From Limnothrix sp. BL-A-16 (GTDB lineage Bacteria; Cyanobacteriota; Cyanobacteriia; CACIAM-69d): a DNA stretch of 64,000 nt. Positions 48,423 through 58,131 of this stretch are shown in pieces. The DNA lies in contig CP166615.1 in the NCBI GenBank assembly GCA_041937175.2, positions 4,032,001-4,096,000 on the forward strand. The letters are read 5' to 3'. How positions within the stretch are numbered: position 1 is the first letter of the stretch; every line of letters starts with the position of its first letter. A model generated the notes under the pieces. The model did no database searches, had not been told where the DNA came from, and worked only from the letters and a program-made list of their open reading frames with translations. Position numbers and translations under genes: made by a program.

Positions 48423-49880
48423 ATGGTCAAAATTCTGCACCTGTCGGATATTCACATGGGCAGCGGGTTCAGCCATGGGCGCATTGATCCTCAAACGGGT
48501 TTAAACACGCGGCTGCTGGACTTTACGGCGGCCCTGGAGCGTTGCATCGATCGGGCAATTGCTGAACCGGTGGATCTGGTGTTGTTTGGGGGCGATGCCT
48601 TTCCCGACGCTACGCCGCTGCCCATGGTGCAAGAAGCCTTTGCACAACAGTTTCGGCGGCTGGCCGATGCGCAAATTCCGACGGTGTTGTTGGTGGGAAA
48701 CCATGACCAACATGCCCAAGGCCGTGGAGGAGCCAGCCTTTGTATTTACCGCACGCTGGGGGTTCCGGGCTTTGTGGTGGGAGACACGCTGGCGCTGCAT
48801 CGACTGGAAACCAGCCAGGGGCCAGTGCAGGTGCTGACCTTGCCTTGGTTAACCCGATCGACCCTGCTCACCAAGCGGCAAACGGAGGGCCTGTCGTTGG
48901 CGGAAGTGGGGGCGCTGCTGCTCGATCGACTCCAGGCGGCCCTGGAGGGGGAAATTCGGAAGCTCGATCCCGACCAACCCACCATTTTGTTGGCCCACCT
49001 GATGAGCGATCGGGCGCAATTGGGAGCCGAGCGGATGTTGGGCGTGGGCAAAGGCTTCTCGATTCCCCTCAGCACCATCACGCGCCCTGAGTTTGACTAT
49101 GTGGCCCTGGGCCATGTCCACAAGCACCAAAACCTGAATCCCAATAATCAGCCCCCGGTGGTCTATCCCGGCAGCATTGAGCGGGTGGACTTCAGCGAGG
49201 AAACCGAAGAAAAGGGCTATGTATTGCTGACGATCGAGCCAGGGGAACGGGGCCAGCGCCAAACCCAATGGGAATTTTGCCCCCTGCCAGCCCGACCGTT
49301 TCGGACATTGCGGGTGGATTTGGCAGACTGTGACGATCCGTTGGCGGAACTGCTCGGGGCGATCGACCCGGCGGCCATTGAAGGGGCCGTCGTCCGGTTG
49401 GTCTATCGTGTGCGGGCAGAACAGCTTCACCAAATTGAGCTGGCGGCCGTGCGCGATCGACTAGCCGCCGCCCACACCTACAGCCTGCAAGCGGAGTTGA
49501 TGAGCCAACTGGCCCGCCCTCGCCTGCCCAACTTGGATGCCACCACCCTGGATCCGCTGTTGGCCCTAGAGGCCTATTTGGGAGAGCGATCGGACTTAAA
49601 AAACCTGGCCGGCGACATGATCGAGGCCGCCCGAGATCTCTTGGGCTATGCCAGTCCGGCCATTGTGGTGAATCTGCCGGAGCCAACCACAACCCAGACT
49701 GCCAATCCAGATTGCCCAGATCCAGAGTCCAGCCCAGGCCAAAATCCAGCAGCGACATCCAGCGCCGAGCTGGCCACCGATGCTGACGATCTCGAACCGA
49801 CCTCACCCAGCGCCAATGGCCCTGATCGAGCCGTTCAGTCTCCAGCCATTGACCGATCGGGTCAACTCAGACTGCTTTAG
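48423..49880 (+). CDS. sbcD: Exonuclease SbcD (Mre11-like)
   Basis: HLSDIHMG, GGDAF, GNHD, ALGHVH, YPGSIER. Confidence 0.93.
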   Translation: MVKILHLSDIHMGSGFSHGRIDPQTGLNTRLLDFTAALERCIDRAIAEPVDLVLFGGDAFPDATPLPMVQEAFAQQFRRLADAQIPTVLLVGNHDQHAQGRGGASLCIYRTLGVPGFVVGDTLALHRLETSQGPVQVLTLPWLTRSTLLTKRQTEGLSLAEVGALLLDRLQAALEGEIRKLDPDQPTILLAHLMSDRAQLGAERMLGVGKGFSIPLSTITRPEFDYVALGHVHKHQNLNPNNQPPVVYPGSIERVDFSEETEEKGYVLLTIEPGERGQRQTQWEFCPLPARPFRTLRVDLADCDDPLAELLGAIDPAAIEGAVVRLVYRVRAEQLHQIELAAVRDRLAAAHTYSLQAELMSQLARPRLPNLDATTLDPLLALEAYLGERSDLKNLAGDMIEAARDLLGYASPAIVVNLPEPTTTQTANPDCPDPESSPGQNPAATSSAELATDADDLEPTSPSANGPDRAVQSPAIDRSGQLRLL

Positions 49881-50374
49881 AGGCCAATCACGTACTTGCG
49901 CCATTCCTGGTGTACGCCGCTCTTCACATGCTTCGTCACTTCAAAGTAGAGACTGCTGTGGGGACGGCGGGGCGGCTGGCGCAAAGGCATGTTGGCTTCC
50001 TTGGGGGTGCGATTGCCCTTGCGGATGTTGCAGCGCACGCAGGCCGTGACCATATTTTCCCAATGTTCACCGCCCCCGCGCGATCGGGGAACAACGTGAT
50101 CCAGCGTCAAATCATCGCCCGTGTAGCCACAGTATTGACAGGAGTGGCTATCTCGGTGCAATATGTTTTTCCGCGTTAAGGGAATCTCTTTGTAGGGAAC
50201 CTTGATGTAGTGGCGCAAACGGATCACGGTGGGCAACGGAATGTTGCGGTAAACCACTCGGCCATTATGCTCGACTTGCTCCGCCTTGCCTTTTAGCAAT
50301 AAAACGACTGCCCGCCGCCAACTGGTAATATTGAGCGGCTCATAAGAAGCGTTGAGCACAAGTACTTTGCCCAT
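49877..50374 (-). CDS. HNH endonuclease
   Basis: VLVLNASYEP, CQYCG, TLDHVVPRSRGG, CVRCN. Confidence 0.92.
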   Translation of the reverse strand: MGKVLVLNASYEPLNITSWRRAVVLLLKGKAEQVEHNGRVVYRNIPLPTVIRLRHYIKVPYKEIPLTRKNILHRDSHSCQYCGYTGDDLTLDHVVPRSRGGGEHWENMVTACVRCNIRKGNRTPKEANMPLRQPPRRPHSSLYFEVTKHVKSGVHQEWRKYVIGL

Positions 50375-50474
50375 CGGACAAAACCGCAATTAATTGCAAA
50401 TTATTAAGAATTGCAAACAAAGCTTGCGAAGCGTCGGAGCCAATTGGGACTGATAGTAGCACAACTGACTCGGG

Positions 50475-51176
50475 GTGTGGTTTGCTGATCCCATGGATTA
50501 CCCATCGTTCTGTGGCGGCGGATTCCGGACAAAAACCGCCGATCGCTCAGTGGTGGCGATCGACAATTCTGGTTTGCGGGCCGCAGTTGAGCGATCGCCC
50601 TGGGGATGGGGCTTGCTCACGGGATTTCTGAGTTTGAGCTTCAGTTTGCTCCTAAGTTTGCTGCTGGGTGGTTGTGGGATGCTGCCCTGGGACGGGCCAC
50701 CAACGGCCGTGGTGCAACGGGCGGTGGCGTTGCAGTTGCTGCAAACCCAGACCGATCTATTGCAAGAGTTGGGCGATTCCCCGCTGGCCGCCGGTCGCCA
50801 CCTGAATCCACAGATGTTGCCCGATCGCCCGGTGATCACCCTCGATGACTTGGCGGCAGAACCAGGATTCCGCATCGATCGACTGCGCATCCAAACCCAA
50901 CAGGCCGTGACCATCAACGACAAACCGGGCTGGCAACTGAGCGGTACTTACGATTGGAGCCAAGCTGGGAGCCAAGATTCGCACCATGCTCAGGAAAACC
51001 AGGGCGATCGATTTCCCGCCTCCCGGCAACCGCAACCCAAGGCCCAACAGCACCGATCGCAGCCCTTTTCGGTTTACTTGCAACGCCAAGCTCGGGGCCA
51101 AACCTGGCGACTGGCGCGGCCTGACCTGACCCAATCCACACCCGATCGAGTGGCTTGGCTCACCTACCGTCTCTAA
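50475..51176 (+). CDS. Hypothetical probable lipoprotein
   Basis: Hydrophobic stretch ending LLGGC; start uncertain. Confidence 0.6.
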   Translation: MWFADPMDYPSFCGGGFRTKTADRSVVAIDNSGLRAAVERSPWGWGLLTGFLSLSFSLLLSLLLGGCGMLPWDGPPTAVVQRAVALQLLQTQTDLLQELGDSPLAAGRHLNPQMLPDRPVITLDDLAAEPGFRIDRLRIQTQQAVTINDKPGWQLSGTYDWSQAGSQDSHHAQENQGDRFPASRQPQPKAQQHRSQPFSVYLQRQARGQTWRLARPDLTQSTPDRVAWLTYRL

Positions 51177-51358
51177 GGGCCGTCTCTAGGGGCCGTCTTT
51201 AGGGATTCTGGGCGAATTCAAGATCAGTTCAGGAGCAATCCAAAAGCAATTCCGCGTTACGACAACAGGCCATCGGGGATCGCGAAAGGGTTGCCCGTTG
51301 GCAAAGGCCCGGCCCGGCCCGAAAATAGACAAGCCGATCGCCATAGAACGCGCCTCCC

Positions 51359-52117
51359 GTGAACGAAATCCGCACCGTTTCAGAAACCAAACGCACCTTC
51401 TATTCGCTCCACCAACGGCCGATCAACGCGATCTACCGACGAGTGGTTGAGGAATTGATGGTGGAAATGCACCTGCTATCCGTCAGCGTCGATTTCCGCT
51501 TCGAGTCCATCTATGCCCTCGGGGTGGTGACGGCGTTCGATCGCTTCATGGCAGGCTACCAGCCCGATCGGGACTTGGGTTCCATCTTCAACGCGCTCTG
51601 TCAGTCCGTGGGCGGCAACGTAGACGACTATCGCCACCGGGCCGATCGCCTGTTGGAAGCGGCAAAAGTTGCCAGTGCCGACGACCTGGCCGCCGCGATC
51701 AACCGGGCCGAGGGCAGTGGCGGGGCCTTGCGCGAAGCCGCCGATGTGCTCGCCAATGGTCAACCTTTCAAATACAGCCGCCTGTTTGGGATTGGGCTAT
51801 ATACCCTGCTCGAGTCCACCACCTCTGACCTGGCTGGCAATGCCGAGCAGATCAAAGCGTGGATCGATCGCCTAGGGACAACCCTCAACCTCCCGATCGA
51901 GAAGCTGCAAAAGGATCTGGAACTATATCGCGGCAACCTGGAGAAAATCGCCCAGGCTCGAATCACCTACGAAGACATGCTGGAGGCCGAACGCCGCAAA
52001 CGCGAACAACGGGCCCTGGAAAAAGCCGCCGCCGCCGAAGCCAAAGCCGCCAGCGAAACCGCCAGCGAAACCGCCAGCGAGTCGAATGCTGCCCCTTCGT
52101 CTGCCGACCCCAGCTAA
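51359..52117 (+). CDS. psb29: Psb29/Thf1 photosystem II biogenesis protein
   Basis: RTVSETKR.F, YRRVVEELMVEMHLL, KYSRLFGIGL, KDLELYR. Confidence 0.95.
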   Translation: MNEIRTVSETKRTFYSLHQRPINAIYRRVVEELMVEMHLLSVSVDFRFESIYALGVVTAFDRFMAGYQPDRDLGSIFNALCQSVGGNVDDYRHRADRLLEAAKVASADDLAAAINRAEGSGGALREAADVLANGQPFKYSRLFGIGLYTLLESTTSDLAGNAEQIKAWIDRLGTTLNLPIEKLQKDLELYRGNLEKIAQARITYEDMLEAERRKREQRALEKAAAAEAKAASETASETASESNAAPSSADPS

Positions 52118-52154
52118 GTTCCTCGAACTTTCCGAGCTTCCCGCCAACTTTAAT

Positions 52155-52200
52155 GAAGGGGCCTAGACCGCGCATGGTTTCTGGGCCCCTTCCGGGTTTT
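52155..52200 (+). terminator. Hairpin after psb29
   Basis: GAAGGGGCC...GGCCCCTTC stem. Confidence 0.5.
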
Positions 52201-52305
52201 CAAGGGCCAGCCTGATCGCATCGGTTGCGATCGACGGTTGGCAATCCAGGCGATCGGCTCAGATCGGTAAGATAAGCGATAGGTATTTTAGGCCCCGACT
52301 CCCCA

Positions 52306-55300
52306 ATGACCCCGGACGATCGCGATCGCGTTGCGGCATTCCTCAAAAAATGGCAAGGCTCGGAAGGCAACGAACGGGCGAATTATCAATCATTCTTTGG
52401 GGATTGGTGTCGGGCCTTGGGTGTCGAAGAACCACCGCCCAAGGGAACCGTTCCCGGCGATCCCTACTGCTTCGACAAGGACATTAAGTTCTACAGCGAC
52501 AAGGCCGAATCCACGCGGTTTGCGGATTTTTATAAGGCTGGTTGTTTCCTGATTGAAGCCAAGCAGGGCAGCGATTCTTCGGCCAAAGGCCATGGAAAAC
52601 GGGGCACGAAGATCTATCGCGACAACCTGCAAAAGGCTTTTAACCAAGCGAAATCCTACGCCTACAACCGAATGCTGGGATCGTTGCCGCCATTTTTGAT
52701 GGTGTGCGACATCGGCTCCCATTTCGAGATTTGGCAAGGGTTCAGCGGCGAATATGGCGGCTATGGGGCGCGGGAAACGGTCAACCTGGCGGACTTGGCC
52801 CAGCCGGAGGTGTTCGATCGCTTCGTCAAAATCTTCACGGATCCGCAGGCGCTGAACCCCGAAAAGCTGCGGGCGCGGGTGACTCGGGAAGTGGCGGCGG
52901 AGTTGGCCAAGCTGTCGCGTTGGCTGGAGGAGCAGGGCCACGATCCCCAGGCAACGGCGAGTTTCCTGATGCGCTGCATTTTCACGATGTTTGCGGAGGA
53001 TGTGGCGCTGCTGAAGGGGGAGGTGTTCACGAAGGCGCTGCGCGATCGCTGGATTCCCAACCCGGCGACCTTTAAGCCGGAAATTGAATCCCTATGGGAA
53101 ACGATGAATCGGGGTGGCTCCTTCGGTTTCGAGAAGGTGCTGAAGTTTAACGGCAGTTTTTTTGAGAATGCGACGGCGATCGCCCTGCCCAAGGAACAAC
53201 TAGAAATCCTGTACGCGGCGGTGGCGAAGGATTGGAGCCAGGTGGAGCCAGCGATTTTTGGCACGTTGTTGGAGCGGGCGCTGGACAAGGCGGAGCGCAG
53301 CCGGTTGGGGGCGCACTACACGCCGCGATCGTATGTGGAGCGGTTGGTGCGGCCGGTGGTGATGGAGCCGTTGCGATCGCAGTGGGAGGCGATCGAGTTG
53401 GAGGTGAAGCGGCTGTTGGATGGCAGTGCGGGGGCGGTGGTGAAGGCGGTGGCAGAAATTCAGGGGTTTTTGGAGCAGTTGCGATCGATTCGGATTCTCG
53501 ATCCGGCCTGTGGGACGGGGAATTTTTTGTATGTGTCGTTGGATTTGCTGAAGGGTTTGGAGCAGGAGGTTTTGACGCGGCTGGTGGATGTGGCGGGAGA
53601 GGTGCAACTGAATGTCTTGGAGCAGGTGAATCCGTCGCAATTTTTAGGAATTGAAATTAATCCTCGGGCCAAGGAAATTGCAGAGTTAGTAATTTGGATT
53701 GGCTATTTGCAGTGGCATTTCAAGCGGTTTGGCAATGCGGAGCCATCCATGCCTGTTTTACGAGCATTTGACAATATCGAATGTCGCGATGCGGTGCTGG
53801 CCTATGACGGGATAGAGCCAGATATTGACCCGAAAACGGGGCAGGTGCGAACTCGTTGGGGTGGCAAGATGATGACTCACCCAGTAACAGGACAGGAAGT
53901 TCCTGATCTGACTAATCAAGTAGTGATCTATCGCTATCGAAATCCACGTCCCTCTGAATGGCCAAACAGCGATTACATCGTTTCTAATCCGCCTTTTATT
54001 GGCAATGCCAGAATGCGCGAAAAGCTGGGCGATGGCTATACAGAAACTCTTCGGCAAGCCTATGCCGATGTGCCCGACACAGTTGATTTTGTCATGTATT
54101 GGTGGTACAAAGCAGCGGATCTTGCTATTAAAAATCAAACAGGTACTTTTGGCTTAATTACAACTAACAGTATTAATCAGCCCAGATTGCGATGCGTCCT
54201 TGAAAAGCAATTTCAAAAAGCCCCAGATCTGCAATTGAAATTTGTGATTCCTGATCATCCCTGGGTTGATGATGGTGCTGATGTTCGCATTGCTATGACT
54301 GCCTGTCAGCTAAATCCGACGACTCAGAGTTTAGGTTCAGTCATCAGCGAAACGGAATCGTTAGACCGGGACTTCTCAGAAGTTGTTATTGAATACAAAG
54401 ACACTCAAGCAATTTTTAGTAATCTGCGTGATGATTCCGACTTAGAGCAGATCACTGCCCTTAAATCAAATGAAGGACTTGCTAGCCGAGGAATTATGCT
54501 TGGTGGCAAGGGATTTTTGCTCAAAGATTCGCAGAGAGAACTGATTGAACCAGACTTAATTAAAAGGTATATGAATGGCAGAGATCTTCTTAGGAAATCC
54601 CGAAACCTAGTTGTGATCGATGCATTTGGACTGTCTCAAAGAGAGTTGCAATCAAAATATCCGCGTACCTATGAATGGCTCTTGAATAATGTCAAGCCAG
54701 CAAGGGAAGCGAATAATGATCCAAAACTCAAGAAGGAGTGGTGGCTATATCGTCGATCCAATATTACGATCAGACAAGCTTTGAGCAATCTAAGACGATA
54801 CATTGTAACGGTCGAAACCGCAAAGCATCGAATCTTCTCTTTTGTTGATCGAGATATTATTTGTGACAACAAGATTCTGATCGTTGCCCTAGAAGATTCC
54901 TACGCTTTAGGAATTCTTTCTAGTGCAATTCATATTCGTTGGGCTTTGACGGTTGGTGGGCGACTGGAAGATCGCCCGGTCTATGTCAAAACAACTTGCT
55001 TTGATCCGTTTCCATTTCCTGAGCCAGACGATCGCCTAAAACAAGAAATTCGCGAACTGGGCGATCGGCTCGATGCCCATCGCAAAACCGTGCAGGCCAA
55101 CCACCCCGACATCACCATCACCGGGATGTATAACCTGCTCGAAAAACTCCGCGCCGGTCAACCCTTCACCGACAAAGACCGCGAACTGAACGATCGCGCC
55201 CTCGTCTCCACCCTCAAACAAATTCACGACGACCTCGATCGCGCCGTCTTCCGCGCCTACGGTTGGGACGACCTCATCCCCCTACTGACCACCCACCAGA

Positions 55301-55779
55301 CAAGGGGCTTAAGCCCCTTGCCCCCCACCGACGATCGCCCCTTGCCCCCCGACGAGGAACCCGCCAACGGCCTCGATGAACAAATCCTGGAACGGCTGGT
55401 GAAACTCAACGCCGAACGCGCCGCCGAAGAACGCAACGGCCACATTCGCTGGCTGCGGCCCGACTACCAAGCCCCCGCCACCCAAACCACCCAAACCGCG
55501 ATCGCCAACCTAATCGACAGCCCCGAGCCGATCGTCCCCGCCGCCGAGCCACAGCCCTGGCCCACGCAACCGAAAGCCCAACTCGCCGCCATCCGTGACC
55601 TCCTGCGCAGCAACCCCGGCAACTGGTCGATCGACCAAATCGCCGCCCAATTCAAAGGCAAACCTACCGACAAACGCAAACAGGTAATTCGCGAAAACCT
55701 CGATCGGCTCGAATGGTTTGGCCTCGCCATCCAACAGGAAAATACCTGGCACTACGCCGCCCCTAACCCGATCGCCTAG
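52306..55779 (+). CDS. MmeI-like type IIL/IIG restriction-modification enzyme (nuclease, N6-adenine MTase, TRD)
   Basis: D...IEAK nuclease motif, GAHYTP, LDPACGTGNF, NPPF, FDPFPFP. Confidence 0.92.
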   Translation: MTPDDRDRVAAFLKKWQGSEGNERANYQSFFGDWCRALGVEEPPPKGTVPGDPYCFDKDIKFYSDKAESTRFADFYKAGCFLIEAKQGSDSSAKGHGKRGTKIYRDNLQKAFNQAKSYAYNRMLGSLPPFLMVCDIGSHFEIWQGFSGEYGGYGARETVNLADLAQPEVFDRFVKIFTDPQALNPEKLRARVTREVAAELAKLSRWLEEQGHDPQATASFLMRCIFTMFAEDVALLKGEVFTKALRDRWIPNPATFKPEIESLWETMNRGGSFGFEKVLKFNGSFFENATAIALPKEQLEILYAAVAKDWSQVEPAIFGTLLERALDKAERSRLGAHYTPRSYVERLVRPVVMEPLRSQWEAIELEVKRLLDGSAGAVVKAVAEIQGFLEQLRSIRILDPACGTGNFLYVSLDLLKGLEQEVLTRLVDVAGEVQLNVLEQVNPSQFLGIEINPRAKEIAELVIWIGYLQWHFKRFGNAEPSMPVLRAFDNIECRDAVLAYDGIEPDIDPKTGQVRTRWGGKMMTHPVTGQEVPDLTNQVVIYRYRNPRPSEWPNSDYIVSNPPFIGNARMREKLGDGYTETLRQAYADVPDTVDFVMYWWYKAADLAIKNQTGTFGLITTNSINQPRLRCVLEKQFQKAPDLQLKFVIPDHPWVDDGADVRIAMTACQLNPTTQSLGSVISETESLDRDFSEVVIEYKDTQAIFSNLRDDSDLEQITALKSNEGLASRGIMLGGKGFLLKDSQRELIEPDLIKRYMNGRDLLRKSRNLVVIDAFGLSQRELQSKYPRTYEWLLNNVKPAREANNDPKLKKEWWLYRRSNITIRQALSNLRRYIVTVETAKHRIFSFVDRDIICDNKILIVALEDSYALGILSSAIHIRWALTVGGRLEDRPVYVKTTCFDPFPFPEPDDRLKQEIRELGDRLDAHRKTVQANHPDITITGMYNLLEKLRAGQPFTDKDRELNDRALVSTLKQIHDDLDRAVFRAYGWDDLIPLLTTHQTRGLSPLPPTDDRPLPPDEEPANGLDEQILERLVKLNAERAAEERNGHIRWLRPDYQAPATQTTQTAIANLIDSPEPIVPAAEPQPWPTQPKAQLAAIRDLLRSNPGNWSIDQIAAQFKGKPTDKRKQVIRENLDRLEWFGLAIQQENTWHYAAPNPIA
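55301..55320. repeat. Perfect palindrome CAAGGGGCTTAAGCCCCTTG inside the RM gene
   Basis: Identical to the core of elements A and B; read in frame. Confidence 0.9.
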
Positions 55780-55791
55780 GACAACGGCCCC

Positions 55792-56445
55792 ATGACTCCT
55801 AACCCAACCCTCGCTGAAAAACTCACCCTGCGATCGCTTCGGGAACAGTTTGGCCTGACCTACACCGAAGAAGCCACCTTTTTTCCCGAGTGGCGAGGGG
55901 CGATCGACACCCTCCAGCCTGCCGATCGCGATCTTTGTCAGCGGCTGCGGCAACGCTACCGCTACTACCTCGAAAATGATTTGCTGATCGAAGAGGGCAT
56001 CAAAGTGATGTTGGTTGCGCCCTTGCTCGAGGCAGCCGGTTTGTTTGATGCACCGTTTCAAAGTCGGTTTGAGGAACCCGTTGCCTTGGAGCTTGCCAAT
56101 GCTGACGAAGGGGCGATCGTCTATCGGGGCCGTATGGATACTTTAGTGGTGCAAGATCGTCTCTGGATTTTGGTGATTGAGTCCAAACGAATGAGCTTTA
56201 GCTTAGAAAATGGCCTCGCTCAAATCTTGGGGTATATGTTGGCTAATCCCATGCCCGATCGCCCGGTATTTGGATTACTAACCAATGGTGGCCATCATCG
56301 ATTCTTGAAGCTACAGTGCTGCCAAGACCAATGGATCTATGCTGAGTCCGATGAATTTTGGGTGACGCGATCGGGCGATCTTGATCGGGTATTAGCCATC
56401 CTCAAAACCTTGACCACTAACGTTGAGTCGGTTCGTCAGCCGTAA
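55792..56445 (+). CDS. PD-(D/E)xK nuclease-fold protein (HsdR N-terminal-like)
   Basis: GRMD...VIESK...Q..GY...GLLTNG. Confidence 0.8.
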   Translation: MTPNPTLAEKLTLRSLREQFGLTYTEEATFFPEWRGAIDTLQPADRDLCQRLRQRYRYYLENDLLIEEGIKVMLVAPLLEAAGLFDAPFQSRFEEPVALELANADEGAIVYRGRMDTLVVQDRLWILVIESKRMSFSLENGLAQILGYMLANPMPDRPVFGLLTNGGHHRFLKLQCCQDQWIYAESDEFWVTRSGDLDRVLAILKTLTTNVESVRQP

Positions 56446-56556
56446 TTTTGTGGTTTCGTGAACCCGGCAACTGCCCAAGTTGGCACATGCGCACCAAACC
56501 CCTAGCCGCGATGCCGATATTCTGAGGGCGATGTTGCTATGTCTTGATGAACGCCC

Positions 56557-57429
56557 GTGAGTAGCCCCGACGCGATCGCCGCCCTCGAAGCCGCCAAAGC
56601 CAAAGTCATCGCCGAGTTTGGTGACTGGACGAACCACAATATGCGCCTAGCGGACGGCTGCTACACGATCGCCCCGACCCCGACCCCCTCAGAACCCAAG
56701 CTGCGCCGCATGACCCAAATCGTCATGGACTGGTGTGGTGGCTCCGTAGAAGGGCTGCGGATTCTGGACTTGGCTTGTTTGGAGGGGATGTATGGCCTGG
56801 AGTTGGCCATGCAGGGTGCGCAGGTGGTGGGCATTGAAGGGCGCGAAGCCAACTTGGCCAAAGCTCGCTTCGTGAAAGATAGCCTGGGTCTGACCAACAT
56901 CGACTTTTACTGCGACGACGTGCGCAATCTGTCCGTGGAGCGCTACGGTCACTTCGATGTGGTGCTCTGTTTGGGGATTTATTACCACCTGGATGCGCCG
57001 GACGTGTTCCGGTTCATGGAACAGATCGGCTCCGTTTGCACCAAGCTGGCGATCGTTGATACCCACGTCAGCCGCACCGCTGAAATGCAGCATGACTATG
57101 CGGGGTTGACCCTGGCCTGTTGTCGCTATGTGGAGCACGCGCCGGAAGCTTCCACGGACGATCGCCTGAAAATCCTCTGGGCCTCGCTGGATAACGACTA
57201 CAGCTTTTGGTTAACGCGCCCGTCGTTGTTTAACCTGATGCAACATTGTGGGTTCACGTCGATTTACGAATGCCACTCGCCGCTGGTAGAGAAATTCGAG
57301 CAACTGCGGCGATCGGGGACGGGCGATCGGGCCACCTTCGTCGCCTTCAAGGGCAACCCCGTGGCCCTCAAGGCTTCCGATCTCAGCAACGACAGCCGCC
57401 CCCTGCCCTGGCCGGAAATCCCTCGCTAA
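56557..57429 (+). CDS. Class I SAM-dependent methyltransferase
   Basis: ILDLACLEG, VGIEGR, FDVVLCLGIYYHL. Confidence 0.88.
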   Translation: MSSPDAIAALEAAKAKVIAEFGDWTNHNMRLADGCYTIAPTPTPSEPKLRRMTQIVMDWCGGSVEGLRILDLACLEGMYGLELAMQGAQVVGIEGREANLAKARFVKDSLGLTNIDFYCDDVRNLSVERYGHFDVVLCLGIYYHLDAPDVFRFMEQIGSVCTKLAIVDTHVSRTAEMQHDYAGLTLACCRYVEHAPEASTDDRLKILWASLDNDYSFWLTRPSLFNLMQHCGFTSIYECHSPLVEKFEQLRRSGTGDRATFVAFKGNPVALKASDLSNDSRPLPWPEIPR

Positions 57430-57486
57430 AAGTCCAAGAGAGGAGGAGTCTGGCCCGCTCAGTCGGCGGGCCAATGGGCTAGGCAT

Positions 57487-58125
57487 CTAGCGCCGGTAGT
57501 GCTGTTGGGCCCAGAGGGCCGCTTGGGTGCGATCGGTCACCTGTAGCTCACTCAAAATGCGACTGATGTGGTTTTTGACAGTGCCGTGGGCTAAATACAA
57601 AATCTGGGCGATTTCTTGATTGGTTTTGCCCTCGCCCAGCAGTCTGAGCACGGCCAATTCGCGATCGCTAAAGCGCTGGGTCAGGTCGGCCGGGGTGGTC
57701 GGTGGATGGGTGGTTAAATGCGCAAAAACTTTCGGGGCGATCGTCGGGCCCAGTTGACTATAGCCATGGTGGACGCTGCGAATCGCATCGGCCACTTGTT
57801 TGGAGGGGGCGTTTTTGAGGATATAGCCCAAGGCCCCAGCCTGGAGCGATTGCCAAATATAATCCTCGCGATCGAACGTGGTCAGCACCAAAACTCGGAT
57901 CCAAGGAAATCGCTGATGAATTTCCTGTGTTGCCCGAATCCCATTACAAATGGGCATTTCAATATCCATCAAAATAATATCGGGTTGCTGTTGCTCAGCT
58001 AGGGCGATCGCTGCCTGGCCATTGTCCGCTTGACCCACAATTTCTAGATCCGTTTCTAGGGCTAGCAATGTGGCTAATCCCTGCCGAAATAGATCTTGAT
58101 CATCAACCAATAGCAGCCGAATCAT
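57487..58125 (-). CDS. NarL/LuxR family response regulator
   Basis: LLVDDQ, ILMDIEMP, LuxR HTH (TVKNHIS). Confidence 0.95.
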   Translation of the reverse strand: MIRLLLVDDQDLFRQGLATLLALETDLEIVGQADNGQAAIALAEQQQPDIILMDIEMPICNGIRATQEIHQRFPWIRVLVLTTFDREDYIWQSLQAGALGYILKNAPSKQVADAIRSVHHGYSQLGPTIAPKVFAHLTTHPPTTPADLTQRFSDRELAVLRLLGEGKTNQEIAQILYLAHGTVKNHISRILSELQVTDRTQAALWAQQHYRR

Positions 58126-58131
58126 AGCGGC

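Noticed and set aside
49877..50374. HNH gene as a homing endonuclease or defence gene
   Set aside because: Looks like the widespread stand-alone VLVLNASYEP-type HNH family; no intron or island context.
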